A model generated the notes under the pieces. That model did no database searches. It was given only the letters and a program-made list of their open reading frames with translations, and had not been told where the DNA came from. A program made the position numbers and the translations under genes. From Camelus dromedarius (taxonomy: Eukaryota): 64,000 nt of DNA. The stretch spans positions 83,826,001-83,890,000 of the forward strand of contig NC_087437.1 of assembly GCF_036321535.1 (NCBI RefSeq), read 5' to 3'. Shown one piece after another: positions 52,801 to 64,000 of this stretch; position 1 is the stretch's first letter, and each line of letters begins with the position of its first letter.

Positions 52801-53791
52801 GACAGAGAGAGAGAGACTACCAAGAGACTCTGTTCTACTCTTGTAAGCCAGCTACTGAATCTGTCTTCTCAGCTGGATGGAAACAAACCTCGTGGATCGT
52901 TTCTATTGAGGTAAAGACCCTTAGCTGGGATTATACTTTTTCAGAAAATGGTTTCACAGATGTCTTTCCTCCACTGCTCTGTCACTTCCCCAGAAACAAT
53001 GCAATTCAATACACCAAACTGTGGCTACTCAGGGACACAGAAGATTTCAGGATTCACTCCTCCTGATGATCTTAATTTACTTGTCAGATAAAAATGCCAA
53101 ATGACACAGGGATAATTGGAAAATGTGAGTCTGGTACGACTTGATGGAAAGGCAGAAGCAGAGGCAGGTGCTGTAGCATGATGAAACACTTTTTGTCTTT
53201 TTTTTTTTTTCCCAGAGATTCTTATCTGCATTAATAAATGGTCACGAGGCCTTGCTACAGGTAGGCTTCATGTGACAAATGTCAAAGAACAAAGAAAAGA
53301 GATTGAAGCATTTAAATTCCTGGAACTATTGTTAACATTCTAATTGTCAAGAATTTAATTTGTAATTTGTCTATATTTCATATAGTTACTGACAGTTGAG
53401 ATACGTCTTTGATAACATTTTTTTTCAAATGAAATACTCACATTACCAAAATACATACTTCAACTTTTTTTTTTTTTTTAAAGATTCAGTGTAGAATTGA
53501 ATTCCTTACAAATTTCACAAATTCCCTAAATCACTGACCTGGGGCCAATGATGTTCAATTTCAAACAGTATTCAACACGTACCATAATGTTAATAGTAGG
53601 TATTTGCATATTGGTAGGCACATACATGCACTTGAGGTTATAGCTTCTTAATATAAAGGTTAGTGTGGTTTGAGGTAAACAGGTTTGTAATTACATGTAC
53701 AGAGATCACAAGTTTCGTAAGTCTTATAAAATAAAAGATTTACTTAGAATCTGTTTTCCATAGAAAAAATATTTAAAGAAAACAATCCACA

Positions 53792-53840
53792 AGAAATTGA
53801 CACATTGTAACTGACTATACTTCAATTAAAAAAAAAAAAG
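53792..53840 (+). mobile_element. Very short lineage-specific L1 tail
   Basis: agaaattgacacattgtaactgactatacttcaattaaaaaaaaaaaa, same tail as the copies at 4927 and 18117. Confidence 0.8.
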
Positions 53841-53899
53841 AATAAAAAATACACATTGATTATTTAGAAAAAGTTCTAGAAAATTTCCTGAGGACATTC

Positions 53900-54420
53900 T
53901 TATTCATTGAGTCATTATTCATTCAAAAACAAAAAAAATTAATCATTTAGAATGTGCTGAACACTGTGCTGTAAGGGTTGGGGAGACAAAGAAAAGCAAA
54001 GCATATTTTCCTGTCCTCACAGTAGTTTCTCCTTAGTGAGGGGGACAGATGTGTAAACCTTCACTGTAACACAGTAACACTGTTGCTAAATGGAGGTATG
54101 TGTGAAGGTCATGAGGGAAGAGTAGGAGAGTAACAGCCTTGAAAGGAAGAAGGAAAGGAAGGTTTACAAAGGAGGTGATTCTTAAGCTCAAGCTGGAATG
54201 ATGAGAATAAATTTGCAAGTCACCAAGGTGATGAATAGCTTTGGGACATTCTAGTCTGAAGAAACGACATCACAAATATGGAGACCCCAAAAAGCACAAC
54301 ATCTTCAGGAGCTTATTCTGTGTACTCTGGGAGGTCTGAGGCAAAGACCAAGAGGCCAAATAAGAAGCTGGACAGCGAGGCAAGTGATGGATCATGAACA
54401 TTTAAATTGGCATCAGTCAG
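53900..54420 (-). mobile_element. L2 LINE remnant
   Basis: ttcattcaaaaac...catttagaatgtgctgaacactgtgctg...cctgtcctcac...ggaaggtttacaaaggaggtga. Confidence 0.6.
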
Positions 54421-54569
54421 CATGCTTATGTTTTTCTCAAGTCACCTTTCATACTCAGGGTCAGAAGCAGAGTTGATAGACATGTGAATTTTATCAGAAT
54501 TGCACTTCTTACTGGAGATATAAACTCTTGCAAAAATATGGAAAAAATCTTTCTGGAAATAAATCCAAT

Positions 54570-54745
54570 AGAGAAGAAAGCAGAACTGAGACTGAGAAAG
54601 TACTGAGGACACACTGGAGAGCCTGAATTTGGCCTGAATCTCACACTACTCCTTGACTTTGGTTACAGAAAGCAATGATGACCCATTTTTTCAATAAGCC
54701 AGTTGGGGTTTTGCTACTTGAAATTGGTAGTCCTATTTAAGATAA
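54570..54745 (+). mobile_element. MLT1J/K-like LTR 3' portion
   Basis: gaaagcagaactgaga...ctactccttgactttggttaca...cccattttttcaataagccagttggggttttgctacttg...agtcct. Confidence 0.7.
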
Positions 54746-55421
54746 TGAACCAAAGAGGGAAGAATTTAGCTATATTTATCCATACACATATCCTAATACA
54801 AGGGGAAGGGAGGGTATGTGGGTCTTTATATTTCTATACTATGTACAATAACTTCTCATTGTTCATTATGTTTCTTGAGCTGGATATTCTCTTTCTCCAT
54901 TTGCTATTTTTTAAAATTTGATGTTGAACACAGCCTTCTGAGTATGTCTGCCCCCATGACTGGATGGTTGGGTTGGAAGGATAAGGTGAAATGGGATGGT
55001 GGGGTTTAACCTTTATAAAATTACCTTTTGTTATACAAAGAATACCAAATACTCTGCCAAGAGATTCCCCCTCCTTTTTTTTCTTTAATAGACAGATTAG
55101 TTTCACGGGGAAATCAGTCCTGTTTATCATATATTTAAAGGATCTCACTCACCAATTTAATAAAAACTGAGTGAATGTAAAAACAAGCAAATCAAAATAA
55201 AAACACATGAACTGACATTTCTGGCAAGTTTAGCAAGACAACATGCCAAAATCAGACTGTGGAAGAATCTGCCCAATTTAAACCCATCTAATTATAAACT
55301 CATTACCACCAAATCTGGAGCTAAACAAATTCCTATGGAAGACCTTTACTTAATTTTCTCAGTTAATGAAAGCAGATTTGACGCTACACTTATCCTTTAT
55401 ATGGCTTCAGTAGAAGTATTT

Positions 55422-55610
55422 TTTTTAGATAGAAGTATAGTAGGTTTACAATGCTGTGTTAGTTTCTGGTGTACAGCATGATTCATACATATATATATAT
55501 ACGTACATATACATATATATTCCTTTTCATATTATTTTTCATTATAGGCTATTACAAGGTATTGAACATAGTAGGACCTTGTTATTTATCTATTTTATAT
55601 ATAGTAGTTA
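55422..55610 (-). mobile_element. Artiodactyl-type L1 3' tail
   Basis: gaagtatagtaggtttacaatgctgtgttagtttctggtgtacagca...ttataggctattacaagg; 15-bp TSD TCAG(T/C)A(G/C)AAGTATTT at 55407-55421 and 55611-55625. Confidence 0.85.
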
Positions 55611-57221
55611 TCAGCACAAGTATTTATGAAAGCACAGAAACCAGCAGTGCTGGAGTGGGGATGCAATCTCCCTTAGCTTTATGGACACAAGCGCAGTGCC
55701 CCAAGTGATTTAGATCCCAGGCGTCTAACAGGGACCTGCTACTCCTTACGCCAAAACTCATTTGATCATCCCCTGAAAGTGAGTAAGTTGTAGGGTAAGT
55801 TTTTGGATTCATTGTTGGAAACTGGTTGAAGCCTGGTCTGAATAACACCAAACAAGTTACACTGACTCCTAGCCAATTACTACCACTGGTTCTGGAAAGA
55901 TTTAAGGAGAATCAGCTCTGTTTTAAAAAGGACCAATCCATAGTCCTATAAAACTATGGCTCTATCAATCTTCTCAGAGCCCCTCAATTATTTAAGTTAC
56001 ATTTTCCCTTAAACCACAAGTGAGGTGTCCAAGTCAAACAGTTTGTACTAGAAGCAAGAGGGTTTTGGGTACAGTATTTCTCTACTATTTACTGCTATTC
56101 TTTTCAAGAAAATAAGATTGTGTGTTTTGCATATTGCTCTTTTACTGGACTTTTACTTCACTGCCCAGAGAATCAGGTTAACTCAAAACTGAGGCTTAGT
56201 ATGATGATTCTGGAAACATGGGAGTAAATAAATACCATGCTAAAAATTGGTGAACTAAAGGGGAAAAACTTCCTGACATACCCATTCACAATTTCATGTG
56301 ATACAAATCAGCATTGTGTTTTATTTATTCATCTTTTAAACTAATATCTTCACAATATGATACTGATTGTAGACAAACTGCTTTTGAGCCATTTTGGTAG
56401 ATAGACTCACACCCTCTTTCTATATGCTGATGATATGGGTTTCACTTTCACCAACTGGAATTGATTTCTGGATACAAATAATTCTGCCATCCTACTGCTG
56501 CTGTAAAGAATTGTGCACCATCAACTTTATCAAAACTGAAATCGTTTTCTTTGGCAGACAAAAGGCAATGGTTCAAAACTCTACAAAATGAGACAACCTA
56601 TTCCATTTTGTATAACATACTTTTTCCATAGCTTGTCCTAGAAAGTATACTGCAGGACTATGCAGCTCAATATATAATGTTTTCCACAGGAAAAGTCCTC
56701 CGTGGGGTTCCTTTTGATGATTTGGAACACCTGCTCTGAAAATTTTCCAGGTCAGAATCATCATTTTTTTTGTCATGTGGTGTGGAACTCTGGGCTTTCA
56801 ATTTAGAATAGGCTTAATTGTGGGAGTGGATTCAAATCTGCTCCCCAAGGACAGTCTTTGCCTTGCCTGCGGCCCATTTCAGTGCTAATGTGGGGAGGTT
56901 TTATTTTTGCCTGAGCAAAAACGTCGGTTGGGCACCTTAGCTTTAACAGCAGAAAGATATCTGCATTTCCTTTACCTTCCACCATCCCTCAAGACAAAAA
57001 TTGAGAATTCACATTATAAGCCTTCATTAAACACTAGTAAGCATCTTTTAGGGTATTTGTTCAGAGTACACAGAAACAGCTCCTGTCTCCAAAAACTGCC
57101 TCACCCAGGGCAGGGCCTTAGAAGACTGTTCTCTCTGTCTTCAGCTCCCAGTCTTGAATTGGGAGATCTGATTCAAACTGGGCCACCCACATTCTCTCTT
57201 CCAGGAATTTGGGATTAGGAT

Positions 57222-57695
57222 TGTGAATGAAAATACTGCAACTGTATCAGTAAACAAAGAATGCTGAAACCAAGTCATCAGTGGCTGCCACCACCCCCAA
57301 GTGAGGACAGACCTGCAGTCCAGCCTCTGCAGCCACTCACAGTGGTGCCCTCTGAGTGGACTCAGAATAGTAAAGGACAAAATAATGACCCTAGATAGCT
57401 AGATGCTTGTCAAAGGAATGAATTCAATAAACCCAAATGTTTGCTTCCTCCCATACATAGAAAACCACTAAATTCTTTAACTGGAGATGCCTGCTTTTCT
57501 TTAGATAACAGGTAATCTTTTATTGTTCCAACTACCTGGTCTTTGCTGTAAAGCTCCTATATATCCTAGCTCCTCCCCTACCTCTTCGGAGCAGTCCCTC
57601 AGAGCGTCTGAGAGGCTGTCATCCTGGCTCTGAGTCCTCCCGCCAAAGAAAACATAACTCTCAACTTTTAGGCTGTGCATTTATTTCAGTCGACA
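57222..57695 (+). mobile_element. Intact ERV1 solo LTR inserted in an older MLT1 (~57130-58040)
   Basis: TG...GTCGACA ends, near-TSD GGAT/GGAA, TATATA box near 57558; related to the outer LTR at 33624. Flanks resemble MLT1K/L. Confidence 0.82.
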
Positions 57696-60449
57696 GGAAT
57701 TCACCGTGTTGGCTATTTTGATCAATGGTTGAAATGAAGGGGAAATGTGAATTTGCAAGCCATGGGGCAGATAAGATACTTTTTCCTAAATGAACATAGA
57801 TGCAGGTAAAACTATCCTTGAGAGAGAGAAACAGAGATGTGTGACTTTGTGGACCAAGAAAAAGATTGGCTGCCTTTCATTTCCAGGGCTTTCCGATTTC
57901 TTGTTTCAGTCCTTTTTGAAGCCTGGATTTATGCCCCATGTTTCCCCTGCAGTCCTGTCTGGGACATTTTTGTAGCTCTTTTCCCTTAACTTAGCTTATG
58001 GTATTTTTGGTACTTAACAACCAAAGGGTCTTAGGGTATTCTAATTTTCGGTTCCTGACCAAAGGACAAAACACTTAGAAAATAGATTTGAGGGGTGATT
58101 CTTTTCATTCATTCACTGGGTATATTTTCTCTTTTGAAGTCTGTATGCATGGAATACACTAAGTAACCTTCCTCTCTCTTTATCTCACTCCATTCATAGG
58201 AAAACCACCTTCAGTCAGTGACACTTTACTTCAGGTCTGCTTCTATCAAAGGCGGTGGTCAGAAAACACCACGTGAAACAAACAAACTTCTGCATTTGTT
58301 GAAAAAACTCTGCTTGAGGCCATTATCCTCAGTGGCCTCCATACAGCTTACCTCCAGCATTTGTGCTTCATATTGTAAAAGCATGATCACTTCTCTATTC
58401 TCTGGCTGCTGCCAGAAATCTCAGAGGCAGAGATGGTGAACACACACAGCATCACTAGTAATAATGATCAACACAAGACTTTGTTCCCTCTTGTTTTTGT
58501 GGATCTAATTTTCTACTTCCAGTTCTGGTTTATTAAACATTTTATACATTAACATTTTGTCTTAAACTGCCTCAAATGTTTTTAGGGAGACAAGAAATGC
58601 AAGTAAAAATCAACATTCCTCTGTTTAGTTAGTCAAGCTTTCTGAGAAGGCATCCCCATAATAATTAAGGGCAATTTAGATGTGTTAGCATGTATGTGGG
58701 AAAAGTCATGCTACTTAGTGGCTGAAAGCATTCAGCTTTCTTTCTAGAACATGAAATTTGACGATCAGTGTAATTCTCTCACACCTCTAATAAGTGATAT
58801 TAATGATTTAGATTAGTTATATATGTTTGGGTGTGCTCTGTTAAGCAATATTCTTGATTAAATAATTCTGAATGATTAACAAAAAATTTAAGAGAAATCA
58901 CTCTATCACCTTTTAAAGCACATGAGAAGAATTTCTAAATTTCATATTCTTACTAGATTCACTAATTCATGTGTTAAGCTCTTCCCTCCCAGTCCCTGCC
59001 CCTGCCTCTCAGGCAACAGAAGTGCATATATCTAGCTTCAAGTGAGTTTTTCTATTCTGCTTCTCTTCTGAAGATCAACAAAAAGTATTTTTCTAATTGT
59101 TTTCATTTTCCAAACTGAGTTTTGGCATTCTTCACCTGCCCGGATCCCCCGATTTCCATAGCATTAGCTACTGGAAGCCTTAAGCTAAGGATGCATATAA
59201 GACTATATCAACTATCCTCCCAGTCATGGACCAAATAAGATGCCCCTTCTCTCCTCAACTGTGTTAAATTCTCAGGCCTTACTCTAGATGTCACTGATCA
59301 GTGCTAAGGTAGAATTACTCCATCAACTTCTTATTTACCCAATTTGCTTTCATTTCCATTAAAATACTTCTCTATCTTAAGCAGATAGAGTTTCATGTGT
59401 GAAAGTTTCATGTGTGTAGGTTTTTTTTGTTTTAATAAAAACATTAAATTTTTCTTGCCTGCTTCTATTAATAATCTCAAGGGTTGGGTAGAGCCTAATC
59501 ATGAATGATATACTTTTACAGTCCTTAAAAATATTGCTGAATTCAAGCAAATAGCAATTTCAAGGTACATAACTTAAAAGAAGATCACCATGGGTGTTAG
59601 TGGGTGTCTTAATTGCCTATTTCGTTAATACAATTTGAAATCCATCATCCCAGGGGACAGTTTAGCAAGAAGAGAGAGGGAAAATGACAAAAAGACATCC
59701 AGGTAGTTCTAATAGGATGCAGTTGGTAAGATGGATAAATACAAATAGTGAGAAGTGGGTCTCTAATGGACAAAAATTGGCTGTCAAGGATTTAGAAGGA
59801 TTCAAAAGGCATTTTGCGCTGCAGTACAAAACACGACAGAAAAAAGAAGAGAGTGCTAAAGGCCTCCTAGTCGCCTTGGTTTGTTCCCACATGGTGCTCT
59901 GTCTGCCGGGCAACTTGGGTTAATTTGGAAAAGAATGCAGTAGCCCTCTTTCCAGGCATTATGCAAGGTAAAATGTGATTTTATAAAAGTTCAAAAATTC
60001 TCAAACTTGTATCCATTCCATAGTTTGAAAAAGTTAAATCCTTCTTCAAACAGGATACTCAAACTTATTACTTACAGAAGTAGTTGCATAACCAATACCT
60101 ATTCTGAGTCACAATATAGTTTTCAATATACAGCTGAACATGATTTTCTGTGGGATGCTTATTCCTTTGCAAGGAAATCAGTTATTCAGTTATTTATTTC
60201 ATTCTCAAACATTTATAATGGGGTAGGCAGCTATGGGTAATAAGTCATGTCATTTCTTGTTGAGAGCCAGAAGAGGACTCCACAGAGGGTACCCTAAGGG
60301 AGGTTTCTTACCAGAATTACATTATTTTTCTTCCTTCTTAATTTTTTTCTTTCCTGTTTATGGAGATGAGTGGCAGCTGATTCACAGCCCAGGATCACTC
60401 AAAAAATCATATTAGACTCAGTGAAGGAGTCCCCCTCAGAAGAGTATGT

Positions 60450-60705
60450 GATTATTATAATGACACTTTTAAAGTGCTTACGTGTGCCATCTGCAGTTCT
60501 GACACTTCACGTGTCCTGACCTCTTTAATCTTCACATGATATGAGACAGTAGTATTACAAGCTTCACTTTATAGTTAGAGAGACTAAGGCACAGGGAAGT
60601 TAATTAACTTGCCCATAGTCATGCAGACAGAAGTGGCAGCACCAGACTTCAGTATCGATGGTCTAGTACCGGAGTTTGAGCTTCTAACCACTATGCTATG
60701 CTGTC
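60450..60705 (-). mobile_element. MIR
   Basis: gtgcttacgtgtgcca...gagactaaggcacagggaagttaattaacttgcccatagtca...cttctaaccactatgctatgctg. Confidence 0.8.
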
Positions 60706-61224
60706 CGTTGGCACTAAGACTTTTTATAATTTAAGTATTTAAAAGAAAGGTGGCCCAACCCATACGTAGTTTGATTACCACTGAAAAAGGATGGACAGTG
60801 ATTCCGAGTCCACAGGATGATGTTGCTGGAATGGGACTGATGGAGGCTCCCTGACTTGCCTACTATGCTGGCTAAGATCTGATATCTTAGAAGTTCAAAT
60901 GTGGAGCTTCTTTCCTTGTCTGAGTCCAGTTCTCCACCACTTAAGCCCTGGAAGGTCAACTCATCTTGGAGCATCTCACTCATTCTTATACATTACCTAT
61001 AAAAATTAAACAAAAACTAACACCAAGAGTAGCGAACCATCTCAAGGGTGAGCTAAGAAGCATGAAAAAATAAATGTCAAAGGGAAGGATCAGAGAATGA
61101 CTTGATTGCCATTGTAGGATGTCTACATGCAACAAGACAACAAAGAATATTGTTTTATTTTTTTAAGTACAGCTTTGAATTTGCTAGAATGGAATTTTAC
61201 AGTTGAAAATTAATAACAATAAAA

Positions 61225-61470
61225 TCTGTATTAATAATCAACACTTACTGAGCTATAAACACATGCTGGATAATCTGCCAAGTACTTTACACACACTGAA
61301 CCACTGCATACTCAGAAGAACACCAGAAAGTAGGTGGTATTCTTATATCCATTTTCAAGATGTAGAAACTGAGGCACATGGTGGTTAACTGACTTGCCCA
61401 AAGTCTGGTATCTAGAAAGTGATAAAGATCTAAATTCAGGGTTCAGTACAAAGCTTGAGCTTCTAACCAA
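61225..61470 (-). mobile_element. MIR
   Basis: cacttactgagc...tatatccattttcaagatgtagaaactgaggcac...ggttaactgacttgcccaaag. Confidence 0.8.
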
Positions 61471-61770
61471 AATTCTTCTTCACTAGTTCTCTTTAGTTGT
61501 TGATTTATCTGTGATATATCTGCCAAATGGAATTGCTTGAATCAGCTGATATCATGAATAATCTCCTTGTTGTTTATGCTTATTTATATCCTTCCTTTTC
61601 TTCAAGGCCAACCACAAAGCCCTCCCCCATGCAGTCTTTTTGCCAGCTGCCTAGCTCACAGTCATAATTAGGATTTTAGTGAGAGTTAACATTTCATGAC
61701 CACATCAGGAGGGAGGTACTCGCTAACCTCCTCCTCAGCTTTACTCTCATCCAGAGCGCTTCTCATCACC

Positions 61771-62190
61771 TGTCTGAGATGGACTTCTATGAGACACAGA
61801 TTCTGCACTGGGGCTCTGTCTGCGGCAGGTTTATTGAGGAGTGACCTCAGCACAGACATGCAGGGGAGGGAGGGAAGTAGAAATGGGAAAATGGAGCAGT
61901 TGAACTGTGATGTGGTGGCTACAAAGACCTCAGCCAACCTCAAGGAGTTCTGGAGCTGAGGTGGTCCCTCAGAGCTGTCCTGAACTGAAGCAATGGGACC
62001 AATCTTTGTGCCTCTTACTGATCAGTCTTGTGTTCTGGCTGCCCCTGTGGCACGCATCCTCTTTTGGACAGAGGCGATGTTGGGGAAAGGAATTCAACGG
62101 TGTGTCTTCAGCAACAGCACAGCCACGAGCTGAGAGTAGGTCTGGGTCCTGAAGCGGGGGTTGAGGCAACACACCGAAGCTCTGCATCAC
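61771..62190 (-). mobile_element. LTR16-like ERVL LTR
   Basis: gcaggtttattgaggagtg...gagcagttgaactgtgatg...cctcagccaacctcaaggagttctggagctg...ccctcagagctgtcc. Confidence 0.75.
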
Positions 62191-63384
62191 CTGACATTCT
62201 AAATATTTTACTTATTGTTGGTTTATTGGCTCTTTGTCTATTTCTGCTCTATCCCTAGCATGTGGAATAGCACTTAGTACAGAATTCAGAATGGGTTCTC
62301 ACGAATATTGGTTGAATGAATCATTGTACAAGCAAATGAATACATCTAGTTTTCGGATGAGGAAACCAAAGCTTAAAGAGACGAACTTGCCCTCCTTAGG
62401 TGCTAATGGCTACGGAGCATCAGAGCTTGGATGCTGATCCAGACTGGTCTAGCCCAAGGTTTTAATCACTTTGCTAGGAAGTTTCTCATTTGTAGAGCAT
62501 GGTAAGATAATCTGGCACATTCCCTTTATTTTGCTGATGAGGAATTAAAGCCTAGAGTGCAGAATCCTCCTAGACCAAAACACCAAGTCCTATGTGGCCT
62601 TCCTGAATGTATCATTTTCCTTTAGCAATCAGAACACACAACAAAGTTACTTAGCCTGGGACAAATCAGTGACACGTTTGTGTGGCACATGAGTCTTGGT
62701 GTCTAACTTTGCTTTGCTAACATATCACCATTACCTCTATGATATCTAGATTCATGAAGTTTCCCAGATAACTTAATTCCCAGGACTTCTGCAGCTGACC
62801 AATTTTTGTTGAAGGTTTGGTATGGGATGGCTCAGCTCGTTTTCTCAGGAGGCTCTGGTGAGCAGGTCATAATTCACTGTGTCTTGAAAGTCCAGAGACC
62901 AACTACGAACTGTCAAGGAGAAATATGTAGGTTTACACGCTGGCAGAGAGCAAGCATGTGTTAGAATTTAAATTGATAATTCCCAAGGTTCTAGCACCTT
63001 CAGTAGGTGAATTCTTAAGGCTAAAATAGTCTCCAGGAAATTTAGAAGTTATGACATCTATAGGCATGACAATGAAAAAGATATCTGGAAGGTTTTATTT
63101 TTAGTGTGGATAAAGTGAAGGTGTGGAAATAATTAGATGTGCTGGCAATGGTTCCAGAAAAGTCAGTTATGGAAAGCTTGCTCTGACTGGGTTGCCTGTG
63201 TCCAAAACTACAGATAACTGGAAGAAAAATAAAAACTCAGGAAGGTTTTAGCTTCAGTAGCAAGATAAGGGGTGGCACTGTATGGCCCTTGCATACGAAC
63301 CTAGCCCCTTGTCTTATATTTCCTGTACCAAGATTATCACCCCCACTGCTCCTTACCCGTTTCCTTGTACTCTCTGATGAAGCT

Positions 63385-63571
63385 ACTGCTTCTCTAACTA
63401 GAGTGTCCATCAGAATTACTTGGAGGGCTTGTTAAAACAGAATGCTCAGTCCCATCCCCAGAATTTCTGACCCAATAAGGCTGAGGTAGGGTCTGAAAAT
63501 TTGCACTTCTAACATATTCCCAGGTATAGCTGGATGCTTCTGGTACAGGGTTCACATTTTGAGAACCACAG
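63385..63571. mobile_element. MER5A hAT-Charlie MITE
   Basis: catcagaattacttggagggcttgttaaaacag...aaaatttgcacttctaacatattcccaggt...cacattttgagaaccac. Confidence 0.88.
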
Positions 63572-64000
63572 TTCTAGCCACATTGAAATTCTTTCAGTTA
63601 CTAGAAAGTTCCATAATCTTTCATCTCTACATGCACACACGAGAGACTCCCCAATCCTCTTATCCTATCCCCTCACCCCACCCTCCATCCCCAATATTTT
63701 CACGGCCAAGTTTTATTTAACTTTAAAGTCTCCTTCAAGATATTATTACTTTTTGGAGGACTCTGTTGACACAAATTGGTTTGGGTTTTTCTCTTTGTGC
63801 TCCTCAAAACAGCACATGTAACCTTGTTCAATCTCTTGTAATTTTATAAAAATATCACATGTAGCCCCATTTAACCTCATGTAATTTTATGAACTGCTCA
63901 ACTAGCTTTTGTGAAAGCCAGGAACAAGTTTATTCTTTTCATCTCTGAATCCTTAGTGCCTGTCTCTATATCTGGCCTATTCTTTAATATTTTTCAATTG

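Noticed and set aside
60714..60983. 89-aa ORF MSEMLQDELTFQG... as a nested gene or pseudogene
   Set aside because: No recognisable protein family; out of frame with EPHA6 intron phase; length within chance expectation.
220..63821. Remaining short ORFs in the six-frame track
   Set aside because: Low-complexity or repeat-derived, many with non-ATG starts, and no recognisable domains or exon structure.
45212..64000. Upstream fibronectin-III exon of EPHA6
   Set aside because: No matching coding sequence found by eye; it probably lies beyond the window end.

Overview
Mammalian genomic DNA, AT-rich and repeat-dense. It is most likely camelid (alpaca/camel), judged from a tRNA-derived Vic-1-type SINE and lineage-typical L1 3' tails. 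The window lies inside EPHA6 (ephrin type-A receptor 6), transcribed on the minus strand. Four phase-compatible coding exons with canonical AG/GT boundaries were read by hand: the transmembrane exon (45103-45211), two juxtamembrane exons (41328-41398 and 36872-36997; neither appears in the ORF track) and the first kinase exon (9651-9836). The flanking exons appear to lie outside the window. Everything else is intron, filled with L1, L2, L3/CR1, MIR, MaLR (MLT1), hAT MITEs and many ERV solo LTRs, several with target-site duplications (TSDs) and some nested. I found no demonstrably new biological system. The best leads are: (i) a sense-oriented solo LTR ~360 bp upstream of the TM exon, with an intact TATA, a defective poly(A) signal, a splice donor and an AUG-free leader, which could yield an ectodomain-less EphA6; (ii) an antisense MLT1J-like LTR resembling, in frameshifted form, the alternative N-terminal exon of the short human EPHA6 isoform as I recall it; (iii) a three-layer LTR nest within an LTR hotspot. 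Repeat family names come from recalled consensus sequences and need RepeatMasker/Dfam confirmation.
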